Source of the DNA: Acidobacteriota bacterium
GTDB taxonomy: Bacteria > Acidobacteriota > Blastocatellia > RBC074
DNA: 64,000 bases
NCBI GenBank assembly: GCA_031423495.1
Contig: JANPFP010000125.1
Span: 19,865 to 83,864 of the forward strand
Direction of reading: 5' to 3'
The position numbers and the translations under genes are program-made. A model generated the notes under the pieces. That model did no database searches. It had not been told where the DNA came from and saw only the letters and a program-made list of their open reading frames with translations. Shown in pieces: positions 9,783 to 19,160 of the stretch (position 1 is its first letter; each line of letters opens with the position of its first letter).

Positions 9783-10460
9783 ATGAAAAAGAACGTATCC
9801 GCCTGTCGCTTCCACCGCACGTGGCTTTCGGTTGGTTTGCTGGCTGTTCTTGTTGCTTCGGCGACTTTCGCGCAAGCGCCTGACGGCATCATTGCCAACT
9901 TACCGATTGAAGAAAAAACTGCTCCTGTTGCGCCGAGCAAACCGACTCTCGCGGTCGAAAACTGCAAGATCAAAAACTTCGGACAAGTTACCGATCAGTA
10001 TTTTCGCGGCGCGCAACCTAAGCCGGAAGAGTACCAGCAACTCGCGGCGCTCGGCGTGAAAACCGTGATTGATTTGCAGGCGGAAACCTCATCGTTCGCC
10101 AAAGCCAAGGCCGAAGCCGCCGGATTGCTCTATATCAATGTGCCGATGAGCGACACGAAATATCCCCCGCAGGAAACCATTCAACGCTTTCTTGAGTTGG
10201 TGAAAGACCAGACGAATTTCCCAATCTTTGTGCATTGCCGTGGCGGACGCCATCGCACCGGCGCATTTACGGCGGTTTTTCGTATGACTTTTCAAGGCTG
10301 GGACGTTGAAAAGGCCTACGATGAAATGAAGGATTACGATTTTTATACGCGGTGGGGACACAAGGCGATGAAAACTTTTGTCTTCGATTATTGGACGAAG
10401 CTGCAAACCCAACGCAAAGAAACCGCCGCGCAAACTCCGCCCGCGACCGTCGTTCCCTAA
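9783..10460 (+). CDS. Secreted protein-tyrosine/dual-specificity phosphatase family protein
   Basis: 225 aa. Signal peptide. CX5R P-loop VHCRGGRHRTGA. Confidence 0.75.
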   Translation: MKKNVSACRFHRTWLSVGLLAVLVASATFAQAPDGIIANLPIEEKTAPVAPSKPTLAVENCKIKNFGQVTDQYFRGAQPKPEEYQQLAALGVKTVIDLQAETSSFAKAKAEAAGLLYINVPMSDTKYPPQETIQRFLELVKDQTNFPIFVHCRGGRHRTGAFTAVFRMTFQGWDVEKAYDEMKDYDFYTRWGHKAMKTFVFDYWTKLQTQRKETAAQTPPATVVP

Positions 10461-10640
10461 ACTTGTGGACAAAGGAATAACGGCAAGGGAATGACACGAT
10501 TGAGCAAAGAAGCTCATTCCTCTGTCTTGATTCCTTTGCCGTTATTTTTTTGAGCAACAGTCTCAGCCTTGAAGTTTGACCAGTGCTACGCTTTCATTAC
10601 GGCTGCCTGCTAGGCAGTAACGGCGTGCCTATCTTTTTAA

Positions 10641-12386
10641 GTGTCAAACTCTCGCATGATAAAACTTGAACAACACTCTTCACTCGGTTCGGCCTTGCGT
10701 GCTGCGATGGCGGAGTTCGCCAACGAAACCTGCCTGATCGAAGCTGACCGTGAACGCGAAAACCATCGCTGGATTTATGGTGAATTCAACGCGCGTGCTT
10801 TGCCGTTGGCGCAATTCATCCAACAATGCGGCTTCGGGCAACGCGGCTTGGCGGCGAACGCACGCGGCGCGATTATCATGACTAATCAGTCGCGCTGGCC
10901 GTTGGCGGCTTACGCGATTTTTCACAGCGGCGGCGTGCTGGTTCCGTTGGATTACAAACTCTCAGCGCCCGAACATCTCGCATTGCTCAAACATTCGCAA
11001 GCCGAATTGCTCGTCACCGAATTCCATATCTGGCGCGGGATTACGCAATGCCCAGACTTTGCTGAACTCACGCAACTCAAGACCGTCATCGTCACTGACC
11101 CGCCGAAAAAAGGCGATCTGCTCAACGCCGTACCGTTTGACGAAGCGCGGGCCGAGGGCGAGCCGCGTTTCGTCGAGCGCCAGCGCAGCGATTGGGCTTG
11201 CATCGTCTATTCATCCGGCACGGGCGGGCGTCCGAAAGGTTGTGTGCTGACGCATAACAATTACCTCGAACAATGTGCGTCGCTGACTTCGCTTTATCCG
11301 TTCTGGCCGGGCGCGAATTATCTGAGCATTTTGCCGACCAATCACGCGATTGATTTTATGGTGGGCTTTCTGGGGCCGTTCGTATGCGGCGCGACCGTCG
11401 TACACCTGCGCACCTTGCGGCCTGAGTTTGTGCGCGAAGCCTTCACGCGCTTCAAGATCACTTACGTAGCCCTCGTGCCGCTCATCCTCAAAAACCTGCA
11501 AGCCGGACTCGAACAACGCTTCGCCGACTTGCCGCCGTTCAAACGTTTCGTGTTTGAACGCCTGCGATCATTGAATAAAACGCTGACGCGCGAACGTCCG
11601 AATCTCAACCTTAGCCGCAAGCTGCTCAAACAAGTTCACGCGGCGTTTGGCGGGGAACTGCGCGCGATCTTCACGGGCGGCACGTTTTGTGATCCGCAGA
11701 TCATTCAGTTTTTTTACGACTTGGGCATACAGGTTTCGATTGGCTACGGCCTGACTGAAGCGGGCACTACGATTACGTTGAACGACTTGAATCCCTTTCG
11801 CGCCGATACGGTGGGCAAGCCGCTGCCCGGTATGGAAGTCGAAGTTCGCAACCCCGATGTTGACGGCATTGGCATGGTCGCGGTACGCAGCGACACCGTG
11901 ATGTCGCATTACCTAGACGACCCTGAACTCACCGCCGAAACGATTCAGAACGGCTGGCTGTTGACCGGTGATTTGGGACGCTTCGACGCAACGGGACATT
12001 TGCAGCTTTTCGGACGCGCCAAAAACATGATCGTCACCGAAGAAGGCAAAAACGTTTATCCCGAAGACATCGAAAACGCCTTCGGCACACTGCCCGTCAA
12101 AGAGTATTGCGTCTTCGCGGCGAATTACATTTGGCCCGAACGTTCGATGCTCGGCGAAAAACTCGTCATCGTCCTGCGTTTGAACGAAGGCCAAAGCTTC
12201 ACCGACGAACTCAAACAACAACTCGCGCAATCAAACAGTAAGCTGCTCAATTTCAAACGGGTGAGCGGTTATGTGATTTGGGACGAAGACTTCCCGCGCA
12301 CGGCTTCGCTGAAAATCAAACGCATTGCGCTGGCTGAAGCCATTCGCGCGAAAGTGGATCGGCAGGCGGCTTTACAAGAGTTGTGA
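10641..12386 (+). CDS. AMP-dependent synthetase/ligase (acyl-CoA synthetase family)
   Basis: 581 aa. [14 protein letters not shown] motif, YGLTEAG and GDLG regions. Confidence 0.75.
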   Translation: MSNSRMIKLEQHSSLGSALRAAMAEFANETCLIEADRERENHRWIYGEFNARALPLAQFIQQCGFGQRGLAANARGAIIMTNQSRWPLAAYAIFHSGGVLVPLDYKLSAPEHLALLKHSQAELLVTEFHIWRGITQCPDFAELTQLKTVIVTDPPKKGDLLNAVPFDEARAEGEPRFVERQRSDWACIVYSSGTGGRPKGCVLTHNNYLEQCASLTSLYPFWPGANYLSILPTNHAIDFMVGFLGPFVCGATVVHLRTLRPEFVREAFTRFKITYVALVPLILKNLQAGLEQRFADLPPFKRFVFERLRSLNKTLTRERPNLNLSRKLLKQVHAAFGGELRAIFTGGTFCDPQIIQFFYDLGIQVSIGYGLTEAGTTITLNDLNPFRADTVGKPLPGMEVEVRNPDVDGIGMVAVRSDTVMSHYLDDPELTAETIQNGWLLTGDLGRFDATGHLQLFGRAKNMIVTEEGKNVYPEDIENAFGTLPVKEYCVFAANYIWPERSMLGEKLVIVLRLNEGQSFTDELKQQLAQSNSKLLNFKRVSGYVIWDEDFPRTASLKIKRIALAEAIRAKVDRQAALQEL

Positions 12387-12432
12387 TATTTTCTCCCGCA
12401 CAACGGACATTGGAAGAAAGAGAGGCTACGTT

Positions 12433-13650
12433 ATGAGAGTCACTGAAATCACAGTTAAAGGCTTGTTCGGACTTTTCGATCACGTCATTCCGCTCAATTT
12501 AGAAGACCGCATCACCATCATTCACGGGCCGAATGGTGTAGGGAAAACTGTATTATTAAAGATGCTAGATGCGACTCTAAATGGAAAGTACGAATATCTG
12601 TGGGATATTAGCTTTAGTGAGTTCCGGGTGCGTTTTGACGACTCTTTGTCACTCCTTGTCCGTGGTAATGAGGAAAAGTTAGGGCTATTTTTGGTTGATG
12701 TGGAGAAGATTATCGAACGACACGTCTTACCGATTAAACGGGTTAAACCAGAGCGTCAACCTTGGATGAATGCACTGGAACGCCGCCGACTAACCAGAGA
12801 ATTAGATTATCCAGAATGGCTTCGTGAGCGCCAAAATGCCGCCCCAGTAAATTTGATTGAAACACAACGACTTATTTTACTGAACACTTTTGAGTACGCG
12901 GATGAACGGCGACAGACTGGCAGATATGTTGAGAAAAAAGATCACTACCTAATGATCACCGAATGTGCTCAAAAGTTATCTGAAAAAGTGAAAGCCATAT
13001 TAGCTGAGTCAGCCGAAAAATCTCAAAGTTTGGATCGAACTTTTCCTGCTCGGCTTTTGCAGCATAATTCAATATCAGTTTTGTCTGGTACTGTAATTAA
13101 AGACGAATTGAAACGCCTTGAGCTTGAACGAGAACGTTTAGTTAGTATTGGACTTCTTGATGCCGCAGAATTGGAGGTTTCCAGCGAGTTGCCGATTGAG
13201 CCGCAGAATGAAAGAGTTCTTTCCATCTACATTCAGGATGCCAAAGAGAAACTAGGCGTCTTCAAAGATATTGCTGAACGCCTTAGCCTGTTGCAACAAA
13301 TTATTAACAAGCGATTTCTATTTAAGAAGCTGAGTATTAACAAAGAGCAAGGATTTATTTTTACCTCTGACATCACGACTACTCGCATTCCCCTTGATGG
13401 CCTGTCTTCTGGGGAACAGCATGAGTTGGTGCTTCTTTACGAATTACTTTTCAATACCAAACCTAATTCACTGATTCTTATTGATGAGCCGGAAATTTCG
13501 TTACACGTCGCTTGGCAAATGGGTTTTCTGCGTGACTTGCAGGAAATCTGCCAGCTTGCCTCATTGGATGTGATTATCGCCACGCATTCACCTGAAATCG
13601 TCAGTGACCGTTGGGATTTGACGGTAGAATTAAAAGGCCCGACGAAATAA
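12433..13650 (+). CDS. ABC-type (SMC/RecF/OLD-like) ATPase, AriA-like component of a PARIS-type defense pair
   Basis: Probable start MRVTEITVKGLFG. Walker A GPNGVGKT. Coiled-coil insertion. ABC signature LSSGEQ. Walker B LILIDEPEISLH. H-loop ATHSPE. The gene is markedly AT-richer than the window. It ends 5 bp before the DUF4435-like gene. Confidence 0.65.
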   Translation: MRVTEITVKGLFGLFDHVIPLNLEDRITIIHGPNGVGKTVLLKMLDATLNGKYEYLWDISFSEFRVRFDDSLSLLVRGNEEKLGLFLVDVEKIIERHVLPIKRVKPERQPWMNALERRRLTRELDYPEWLRERQNAAPVNLIETQRLILLNTFEYADERRQTGRYVEKKDHYLMITECAQKLSEKVKAILAESAEKSQSLDRTFPARLLQHNSISVLSGTVIKDELKRLELERERLVSIGLLDAAELEVSSELPIEPQNERVLSIYIQDAKEKLGVFKDIAERLSLLQQIINKRFLFKKLSINKEQGFIFTSDITTTRIPLDGLSSGEQHELVLLYELLFNTKPNSLILIDEPEISLHVAWQMGFLRDLQEICQLASLDVIIATHSPEIVSDRWDLTVELKGPTK

Positions 13651-13655
13651 CCGTT

Positions 13656-14522
13656 ATGAGAGAGCTTCTCAGCCCAGCAACGATTGCCAATCGCATTCGC
13701 ATGAAACGATCACAGTTTCACGGCGCTTTCCTGATCGTCGAAGGCGACACTGATTCACGTTTGCTCCGCAACTTTGTCGTGACGGGAGATTGTCAGTTAG
13801 TAGGCGCTTATGGGAAGGACAATTTGTTCGGTGCGCTGGCGATCCTGAATGCCGAACAACGCACAGGTGTGCTGGCGATTGCGGACGCTGATTTCAAGCG
13901 GCTCGAAGGTCAATTACCTGCCATGCCCAACCTGCATTTCACCGATACGCACGATCTCGAAACGATGATCTTGCAATCGCCTGCGTTGCAAAAGGTTCTT
14001 TCTGAATTCGGCTCTGAACTTAAACTCAAGACGTTCGCCGAAATGCAGCAAGGCACTTTGCGCAGCGTTTTGTTGGCGAGTGGCAGCCGCGTGGGTTATT
14101 TGCGTTGGGCGTCATTGCAGCAACAGTTCGCCTTGAAATTCGAGGGCGTGAAGTTCAGCAAATTCATCAGCGACGAAACGCTGGCGATTGACGATGCCAA
14201 GCTGGTCAAGGCGGTGAAAGATCACTCTCAAGCCCATTACCTGAACGACGCTGACCTGCTCGCGTCAATGGCGCAGTTGCACGATGCGCAACACGATCAA
14301 TGGCAAGTTTGTTGCGGCCACGATTTGGTCGAAATTCTATCGGCTGGATTGCGCAAGGCCATCGGCACGAACGACGCAAAACAAGTAGAGTCGGAACGCC
14401 TCAATGGAGCATTGAGGCTGGCGTATGAGTTCGCCTATTTCTGCGCGACTTCGCTTTACGCCGCTATCAGGGAATGGGAAGCTGCCAATCCGAGGTATCA
14501 AGTTTTTCCTCGTAACGCATAG
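13656..14522 (+). CDS. DUF4435/TOPRIM-like (OLD-family nuclease-like) protein, AriB-like partner of the upstream ATPase
   Basis: 289 aa. N-terminal FLIVEGDTDSRLL (E...DxD Toprim-like signature typical of DUF4435). Translationally linked to the ATPase. Confidence 0.55.
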   Translation: MRELLSPATIANRIRMKRSQFHGAFLIVEGDTDSRLLRNFVVTGDCQLVGAYGKDNLFGALAILNAEQRTGVLAIADADFKRLEGQLPAMPNLHFTDTHDLETMILQSPALQKVLSEFGSELKLKTFAEMQQGTLRSVLLASGSRVGYLRWASLQQQFALKFEGVKFSKFISDETLAIDDAKLVKAVKDHSQAHYLNDADLLASMAQLHDAQHDQWQVCCGHDLVEILSAGLRKAIGTNDAKQVESERLNGALRLAYEFAYFCATSLYAAIREWEAANPRYQVFPRNA

Positions 14523-14642
14523 TTACGATTGTTCGCAAACCACCTTTCGGAAAACGTTATGCAGGTCAACACAGGCAAAGCGCGCAAAGTGTATGACGCA
14601 GTGATCGTAGGCTCAGGCGCGGCGAGCGGCGGCTTGGCTGTG

Positions 14643-15593
14643 TCAAGAAAGGAAAAGTCCGGGCTGAAGCGCTTCGCGTTTGCGCTTGGCTGAAGGCAAT
14701 TCGTCGGTTGGCATTTCTAGCGACGCTCCTTTGAATTTTGGATAGAGCGCGCTGAGTCGCGCAATGTTTTCGCGTAAAGCTGTGCAATACTCTTTGTCAA
14801 TTTCGACGCCGATGGAGTTGTAGCCGACCGCCTGGCAAGCGGCGATGGTTGAGCCTGATCCGCAAAACGGATCAAGGATAGTTCCTGCTTCCAGCGGCAA
14901 CAGGCTGCGCACGAGAATGCGCATCAGGTGTTGCGGCTTTAGCGTAGGGTGGTTGGAAATAGCTTCTTCGACTGCTGGCGTTTTGCCGCTGGGAATAATG
15001 TCGGGCAACGGTTGATCTTCGTTGAGTCTGCGCAATGCTCCCGTTCCATATTTTCTTAAGTTTTGGGCGACGGTTTTTTCTTCGATAGGCTTGCGAAAAA
15101 GCATCCAAGGTTCATAAGCTCCACGTGGCGTGACGCACACTTCGGGGAACTCATTTTCTGCGAGCTTGGGGCGGTCGCCGCCGCGAAAGCCGCGATAGAC
15201 GCGCATCAAGGCACCGCGCACTTCAAAACCCGCTTCAGCCATGCCGCTTTGCACCAAGTGTTGCAACATCGGCGTGCCTGCGAGCAAAACGTGTCCGCCC
15301 GGTACGAGAATGGGCAGCAAGGCTTCGCCGAATTCTTTGAAGTAAACACGCACGTGTTCACGCTCTTGCGCTGACAACGTAGTGAAACGAGGTAAAGGCG
15401 CGCGCTGGCTGCCGCCGATGTTGGGCGGAATGCGCCACACGCCGCCGCGCCCGTTACGCAACTTAGTCATCTCGTTCGGCAGAAACTCGACAATGCCGAA
15501 AGGCGGATCAGTGCAGACCCCATGCAAGCTGGCAGGCGCTTGCGCACGGAGCCAGGCAAAACAATCAGCGTGATAAAGGGTGTATGGAGTCAT
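14643..15593 (-). CDS. Beta-class DNA N6-adenine/N4-cytosine methyltransferase (type II R-M modification subunit)
   Basis: Start taken at internal Met (MTPYTLYHADCFAWL). Motif IV TDPPFGI near the N-terminus, HPTLKP, motif I FCGSGSTIAA near the C-terminus, giving beta-class order (PF01555-like). Confidence 0.8.
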   Translation of the reverse strand: MTPYTLYHADCFAWLRAQAPASLHGVCTDPPFGIVEFLPNEMTKLRNGRGGVWRIPPNIGGSQRAPLPRFTTLSAQEREHVRVYFKEFGEALLPILVPGGHVLLAGTPMLQHLVQSGMAEAGFEVRGALMRVYRGFRGGDRPKLAENEFPEVCVTPRGAYEPWMLFRKPIEEKTVAQNLRKYGTGALRRLNEDQPLPDIIPSGKTPAVEEAISNHPTLKPQHLMRILVRSLLPLEAGTILDPFCGSGSTIAACQAVGYNSIGVEIDKEYCTALRENIARLSALYPKFKGASLEMPTDELPSAKRKREALQPGLFLS

Positions 15594-15656
15594 TACTGTG
15601 ACTTTCACATATAGTTGAAAGACTGTCAAGAAGGCAGTTGATAGTATCCCGAAACA
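15594..15656. promoter_or_regulatory. Divergent promoter/operator region between methyltransferase and HTH-nuclease genes
   Basis: 63-bp AT-richer spacer between divergently transcribed genes, one of which encodes an XRE HTH. A likely C-box-type autoregulatory site, not directly identified. Confidence 0.3.
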
Positions 15657-16547
15657 ATGAGTGAAGCTCAAAAAATCATCGGCGCTTATGTGCGAGCCTT
15701 GCGCGAGCAGCGCGGCTTGTCGTTGGAAGCCTTAGCTGCTCAAGCCGACATCAGCTATCAATATCTCTCAGGCGTAGAAACCGGCAAACAGAATTTTAGT
15801 GTGCAAGTGCTGGAAGCGTTAGCGCGCGCGTTGGACCTTCCTATCAGGACTTTGATGGTCGGAGCTTACGACTTGGCCGCAGGAGCAGCGCCTCCAAGAT
15901 TGCACAAAGAGTATTTCAGGCCACAAGCGCCATTGCCACCCGGACTGACGCTCGCACATTTAGAAAACGCTGCCAATCAAACGCAAGCCATCATCCATCG
16001 CATCAATCGAAACCTGAGTGTAGAAGCCGGGCAAACTTTGCAATCGCTTATTCAGGGCAATAATTTTTCGGGTTTGGTTTCGAACATTTTTAGCAACTCA
16101 CTGGATGCGTTTTCGCCTTACAAGCACAACCATAGTCAACGTTACCCTGACTTGATTTATCAACCGGGCAAAAAAGGCGCGGCGGTTGGGCTTGAAGTGA
16201 AAGTTACGATCAACGCTGGTAAAGGGGGCGAAAGTCACAATGGTCATAGCGGTTGGCACGTTATTGCTTGCTACCATTTTGTTGAAAACGGTGATATTCA
16301 ATTTATCCACTTTATGTTTGCCCAACTGAATGGACACCAGCATTCAGAGTCTGACTGGAGCTATGTTGGCAGTAAGGTGAACGCAGCCACAGGCAGTCGG
16401 CGAACCGAAACTTATACGACCACATTGGCAGGAACTACGAAATTGCGAGATGGTTCGGTTTATCTGGATACCGGCAAAGTTGATTTTTCCCATTGGCGGC
16501 AAGCGCGCCAAGGAGAGCCTCCCGTTTGGTCGCTCTATGCTAAGTAA
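15657..16547 (+). CDS. XRE-family HTH fused to a putative PD-(D/E)xK nuclease domain (candidate restriction endonuclease with built-in controller)
   Basis: 296 aa. N-terminal HTH_3 (LSLEALAAQADISYQYLSGVETGKQN). The C-terminal domain has YPDLIY...GLEVKVT, matching PD-x(n)-E-x-K. Divergent to the MTase. Lower GC. Confidence 0.45.
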   Translation: MSEAQKIIGAYVRALREQRGLSLEALAAQADISYQYLSGVETGKQNFSVQVLEALARALDLPIRTLMVGAYDLAAGAAPPRLHKEYFRPQAPLPPGLTLAHLENAANQTQAIIHRINRNLSVEAGQTLQSLIQGNNFSGLVSNIFSNSLDAFSPYKHNHSQRYPDLIYQPGKKGAAVGLEVKVTINAGKGGESHNGHSGWHVIACYHFVENGDIQFIHFMFAQLNGHQHSESDWSYVGSKVNAATGSRRTETYTTTLAGTTKLRDGSVYLDTGKVDFSHWRQARQGEPPVWSLYAK

Positions 16548-16595
16548 ACTGAACTATCAATCGTCCCTAATTAACACCTGTTTACGAAAGTTGAA

Positions 16596-17438
16596 ATGAT
16601 GAAACTTTATCGAACCACGCACGGCCCCGTTCTCGAAGATCGCGGCGACCACTATCAACTGCCCGAATCTGATTGGGACGTATTGCTCAATCGCGGCGAT
16701 CACGAACACGTGTTGACGAGCATGTCGCGGCGCGCGACGCGCATTCACAACTTCACGATCAATGATGACGTACTCGCGCCGATCGGTACGCAGGAAGTAT
16801 GGGCGGCGGGTGTGACCTATTACCGCTCGCGTACGGCGCGGATGGAAGAATCGAAGGACGCAGGTGGCGGCAGCTTTTATGATCGCGTATACGATGCCGC
16901 GCGGCCTGAGTTGTTTTTCAAGGCTACGCCGCCGCGTGTTGCCGGGCCGGGGCAGAAAGTGCGCATTCGCAAAGATTCAAAGTGGAACGTGCCTGAACCT
17001 GAGTTCACGCTCGTGGCGAATGCGCAAGGTCAGATTATTGGCTACACGATTGGCAATGACATGAGTTCGCGCGACATCGAGGGCGAGAACCCTTTGTATT
17101 TGCCGCAGGCGAAATGTTACGCGCAAAGCTGTGGCCTTGGCCCGTGCGTGCTGCTGGCGAACGGCAATCCGATGCCGCGCGAAACCGCAATCACGATGGA
17201 TATTTTGCGCAACGGCGCGACGGCCTTTCACGGCGAAACGACGCTCACCGAACTCAAACGTACGCCCGAAGAACTGATCGAATATCTCTTCCGCGACAAT
17301 CATTTTTCTACGGGTGTATTCCTGCTTACCGGCGCGGGCATCATTCCGCCTGACGAATTCACGCTGCAACCCGACGACGAAGTGCGCATCACTATCGAAC
17401 CCATCGGCACGCTCGTGAATTACGTCGTGCAAGGCTGA
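16596..17438 (+). CDS. Fumarylacetoacetate hydrolase (FAH) family protein
   Basis: 280 aa. FAH-fold pattern ([10 protein letters not shown]..., [25 protein letters not shown]..., GTL). Confidence 0.7.
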   Translation: MMKLYRTTHGPVLEDRGDHYQLPESDWDVLLNRGDHEHVLTSMSRRATRIHNFTINDDVLAPIGTQEVWAAGVTYYRSRTARMEESKDAGGGSFYDRVYDAARPELFFKATPPRVAGPGQKVRIRKDSKWNVPEPEFTLVANAQGQIIGYTIGNDMSSRDIEGENPLYLPQAKCYAQSCGLGPCVLLANGNPMPRETAITMDILRNGATAFHGETTLTELKRTPEELIEYLFRDNHFSTGVFLLTGAGIIPPDEFTLQPDDEVRITIEPIGTLVNYVVQG

Positions 17439-17514
17439 GATGATTGCAGGTTGCAGATTGCAGATTGCAGATTTTCAGAACTAACAACGAACAACTGACC
17501 ACTAACAACTAACA

Positions 17515-19113
17515 ATGCAATTACATGGACAGAACATCATCGCAGGCCAATCGCAAGCGGGCGCTGGCTCAACTTTCAACGGCTTGAATCCGGCGACGAG
17601 CGCAGTGCTTGAGCCTGCTTATCAAGAGGCTTCGACCGAACAGATCAACGCGGCGGTCGAAGCGGCGGCTGCGGCGTTTGACGCTTATCGTCACAAGAGC
17701 GCCGACGAACGCGCGGCCTTTCTCGAACGCATTGCCGACGAAATACTGGCGTTGGGAGACGAGTTGTTGCAGCGCGCGCACGCCGAAACCGCTTTGCCGT
17801 TAGAGGCGCGACTGATGGGCGAACGCGGACGCACGATGGGGCAGTTGAAACAGTTCGCGGCGCTGGTGCGCGAAGGTTCGTGGGTCGAAGCGCGCATTGA
17901 TCTAGCGCAACCCGAACGTGCGCCGCTGCCCAAGCCCGACATTCGCCGGATGTTGATTCCGATGGGGCCGGTGGCGGTATTCGCCGCGAGCAATTTTCCG
18001 TTGGCGTTTTCGGTGGCGGGCGGCGATGCGGCTTCAGCGTTGGCGGCGGGCTGTCCCGTAGTTTTGAAAGCGCATCCCGCGCATCCAGGCACGTCAGAAA
18101 TAGTAGCGCGCGCGATTGCGACGGCGGCTGAAGCGACCGGCATGCCTGCAGGCGTATTCTCACTCGTTCACGGCACGAGCCACGAAGTCGGCAGCACGCT
18201 CGTCAAGCATCCGCTCATCAAGGCCGTAGGCTTCACCGGTTCGTTGCGCGGCGGACGCGCGCTGTTTGACGCGGCGGCGGCGCGACCTGAACCGATTCCG
18301 GTTTACGCCGAAATGGGCAGCATCAATCCCGTATTCATTTTGCCCGGCGCGTTGCGCGAACGTTCAGCGGCACTGGCCGAAGGCATGAAAAATTCTGTCA
18401 CACAGGGCGTAGGCCAGTTTTGCACTTGCCCCGGTTTGGCGGTTGGGTTGAGTGACGAGAGCTTCACGAATTTTTCAGACAAGCTGAATGAACTGATGGC
18501 TGACGCGCCGACGGCGACGATGTTGTATCCGGCGATTGCCAAATCGTTTTCCGACGGCGTGCGCAAGCTGGCGCATCTTGAAGGTGTGAAAACTACGCAA
18601 GCCAAACAGACGGCTGAGTTCGGCAAGACGCACGCTTCGCCGACGGTGTTTACGACTGATGCGGCTACGTTCAACGCGCATCACGAATTAAGCGAAGAAG
18701 TCTTTGGCCCGGCGACTGTCGTCGTCGCTTGCGATGATCGTGCGCAACTCGAATCCATCGCGCGCAATCTCGAAGGCCACTTGACCGCGACGATTCACGG
18801 TACGCCGGAAGACCTGAAAGAGTATGTGACGCTGGTTGAAATTCTTGCGACCAAAGCGGGGCGGCTGATTTTCAACGGCTATCCGACGGGCGTCGAAGTT
18901 TGTCCTTCGATGCAACACGGCGGGCCTTATCCCGCTACGACCGATGTGCGCACGACTTCAGTCGGCACGGCGGCGATTGCGCGCTTTGCGCGTCCGGTGG
19001 CTTATCAGGGCTTTCCGCAAGCGGCTTTGCCGGTCGAATTGCGCAACGAAAACGCGCGCGGCGTATGGCGTTTGGTGGATGGCGCAATGTCGCAAGCGAA
19101 TTGCGGTGAGTGA
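17515..19113 (+). CDS. NAD(P)-dependent aldehyde dehydrogenase (alpha-ketoglutarate semialdehyde dehydrogenase-like)
   Basis: 532 aa. ALDH-superfamily length and motifs (FTGS..G, EMGS.NP, catalytic Cys region GQFCTCPG). Confidence 0.75.
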   Translation: MQLHGQNIIAGQSQAGAGSTFNGLNPATSAVLEPAYQEASTEQINAAVEAAAAAFDAYRHKSADERAAFLERIADEILALGDELLQRAHAETALPLEARLMGERGRTMGQLKQFAALVREGSWVEARIDLAQPERAPLPKPDIRRMLIPMGPVAVFAASNFPLAFSVAGGDAASALAAGCPVVLKAHPAHPGTSEIVARAIATAAEATGMPAGVFSLVHGTSHEVGSTLVKHPLIKAVGFTGSLRGGRALFDAAAARPEPIPVYAEMGSINPVFILPGALRERSAALAEGMKNSVTQGVGQFCTCPGLAVGLSDESFTNFSDKLNELMADAPTATMLYPAIAKSFSDGVRKLAHLEGVKTTQAKQTAEFGKTHASPTVFTTDAATFNAHHELSEEVFGPATVVVACDDRAQLESIARNLEGHLTATIHGTPEDLKEYVTLVEILATKAGRLIFNGYPTGVEVCPSMQHGGPYPATTDVRTTSVGTAAIARFARPVAYQGFPQAALPVELRNENARGVWRLVDGAMSQANCGE

Positions 19114-19160
19114 TTGAGGTCAGTACTATTGCGCCGCTCAACGACACCGCGACATAACGA

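Noticed and set aside
12325-12432. Upstream extension of the ATPase ORF overlapping the acyl-CoA ligase 3' end
   Set aside because: The extension overlaps the preceding gene in another frame. Coding-like sequence and the AT-rich islet begin at the internal ATG 12433 (MRVTEITVKG...).
17440-17512. Candidate CRISPR-like repeats
   Set aside because: Only 7-10-nt tandem units without spacers. No cas genes in the window. Simple sequence repeats.
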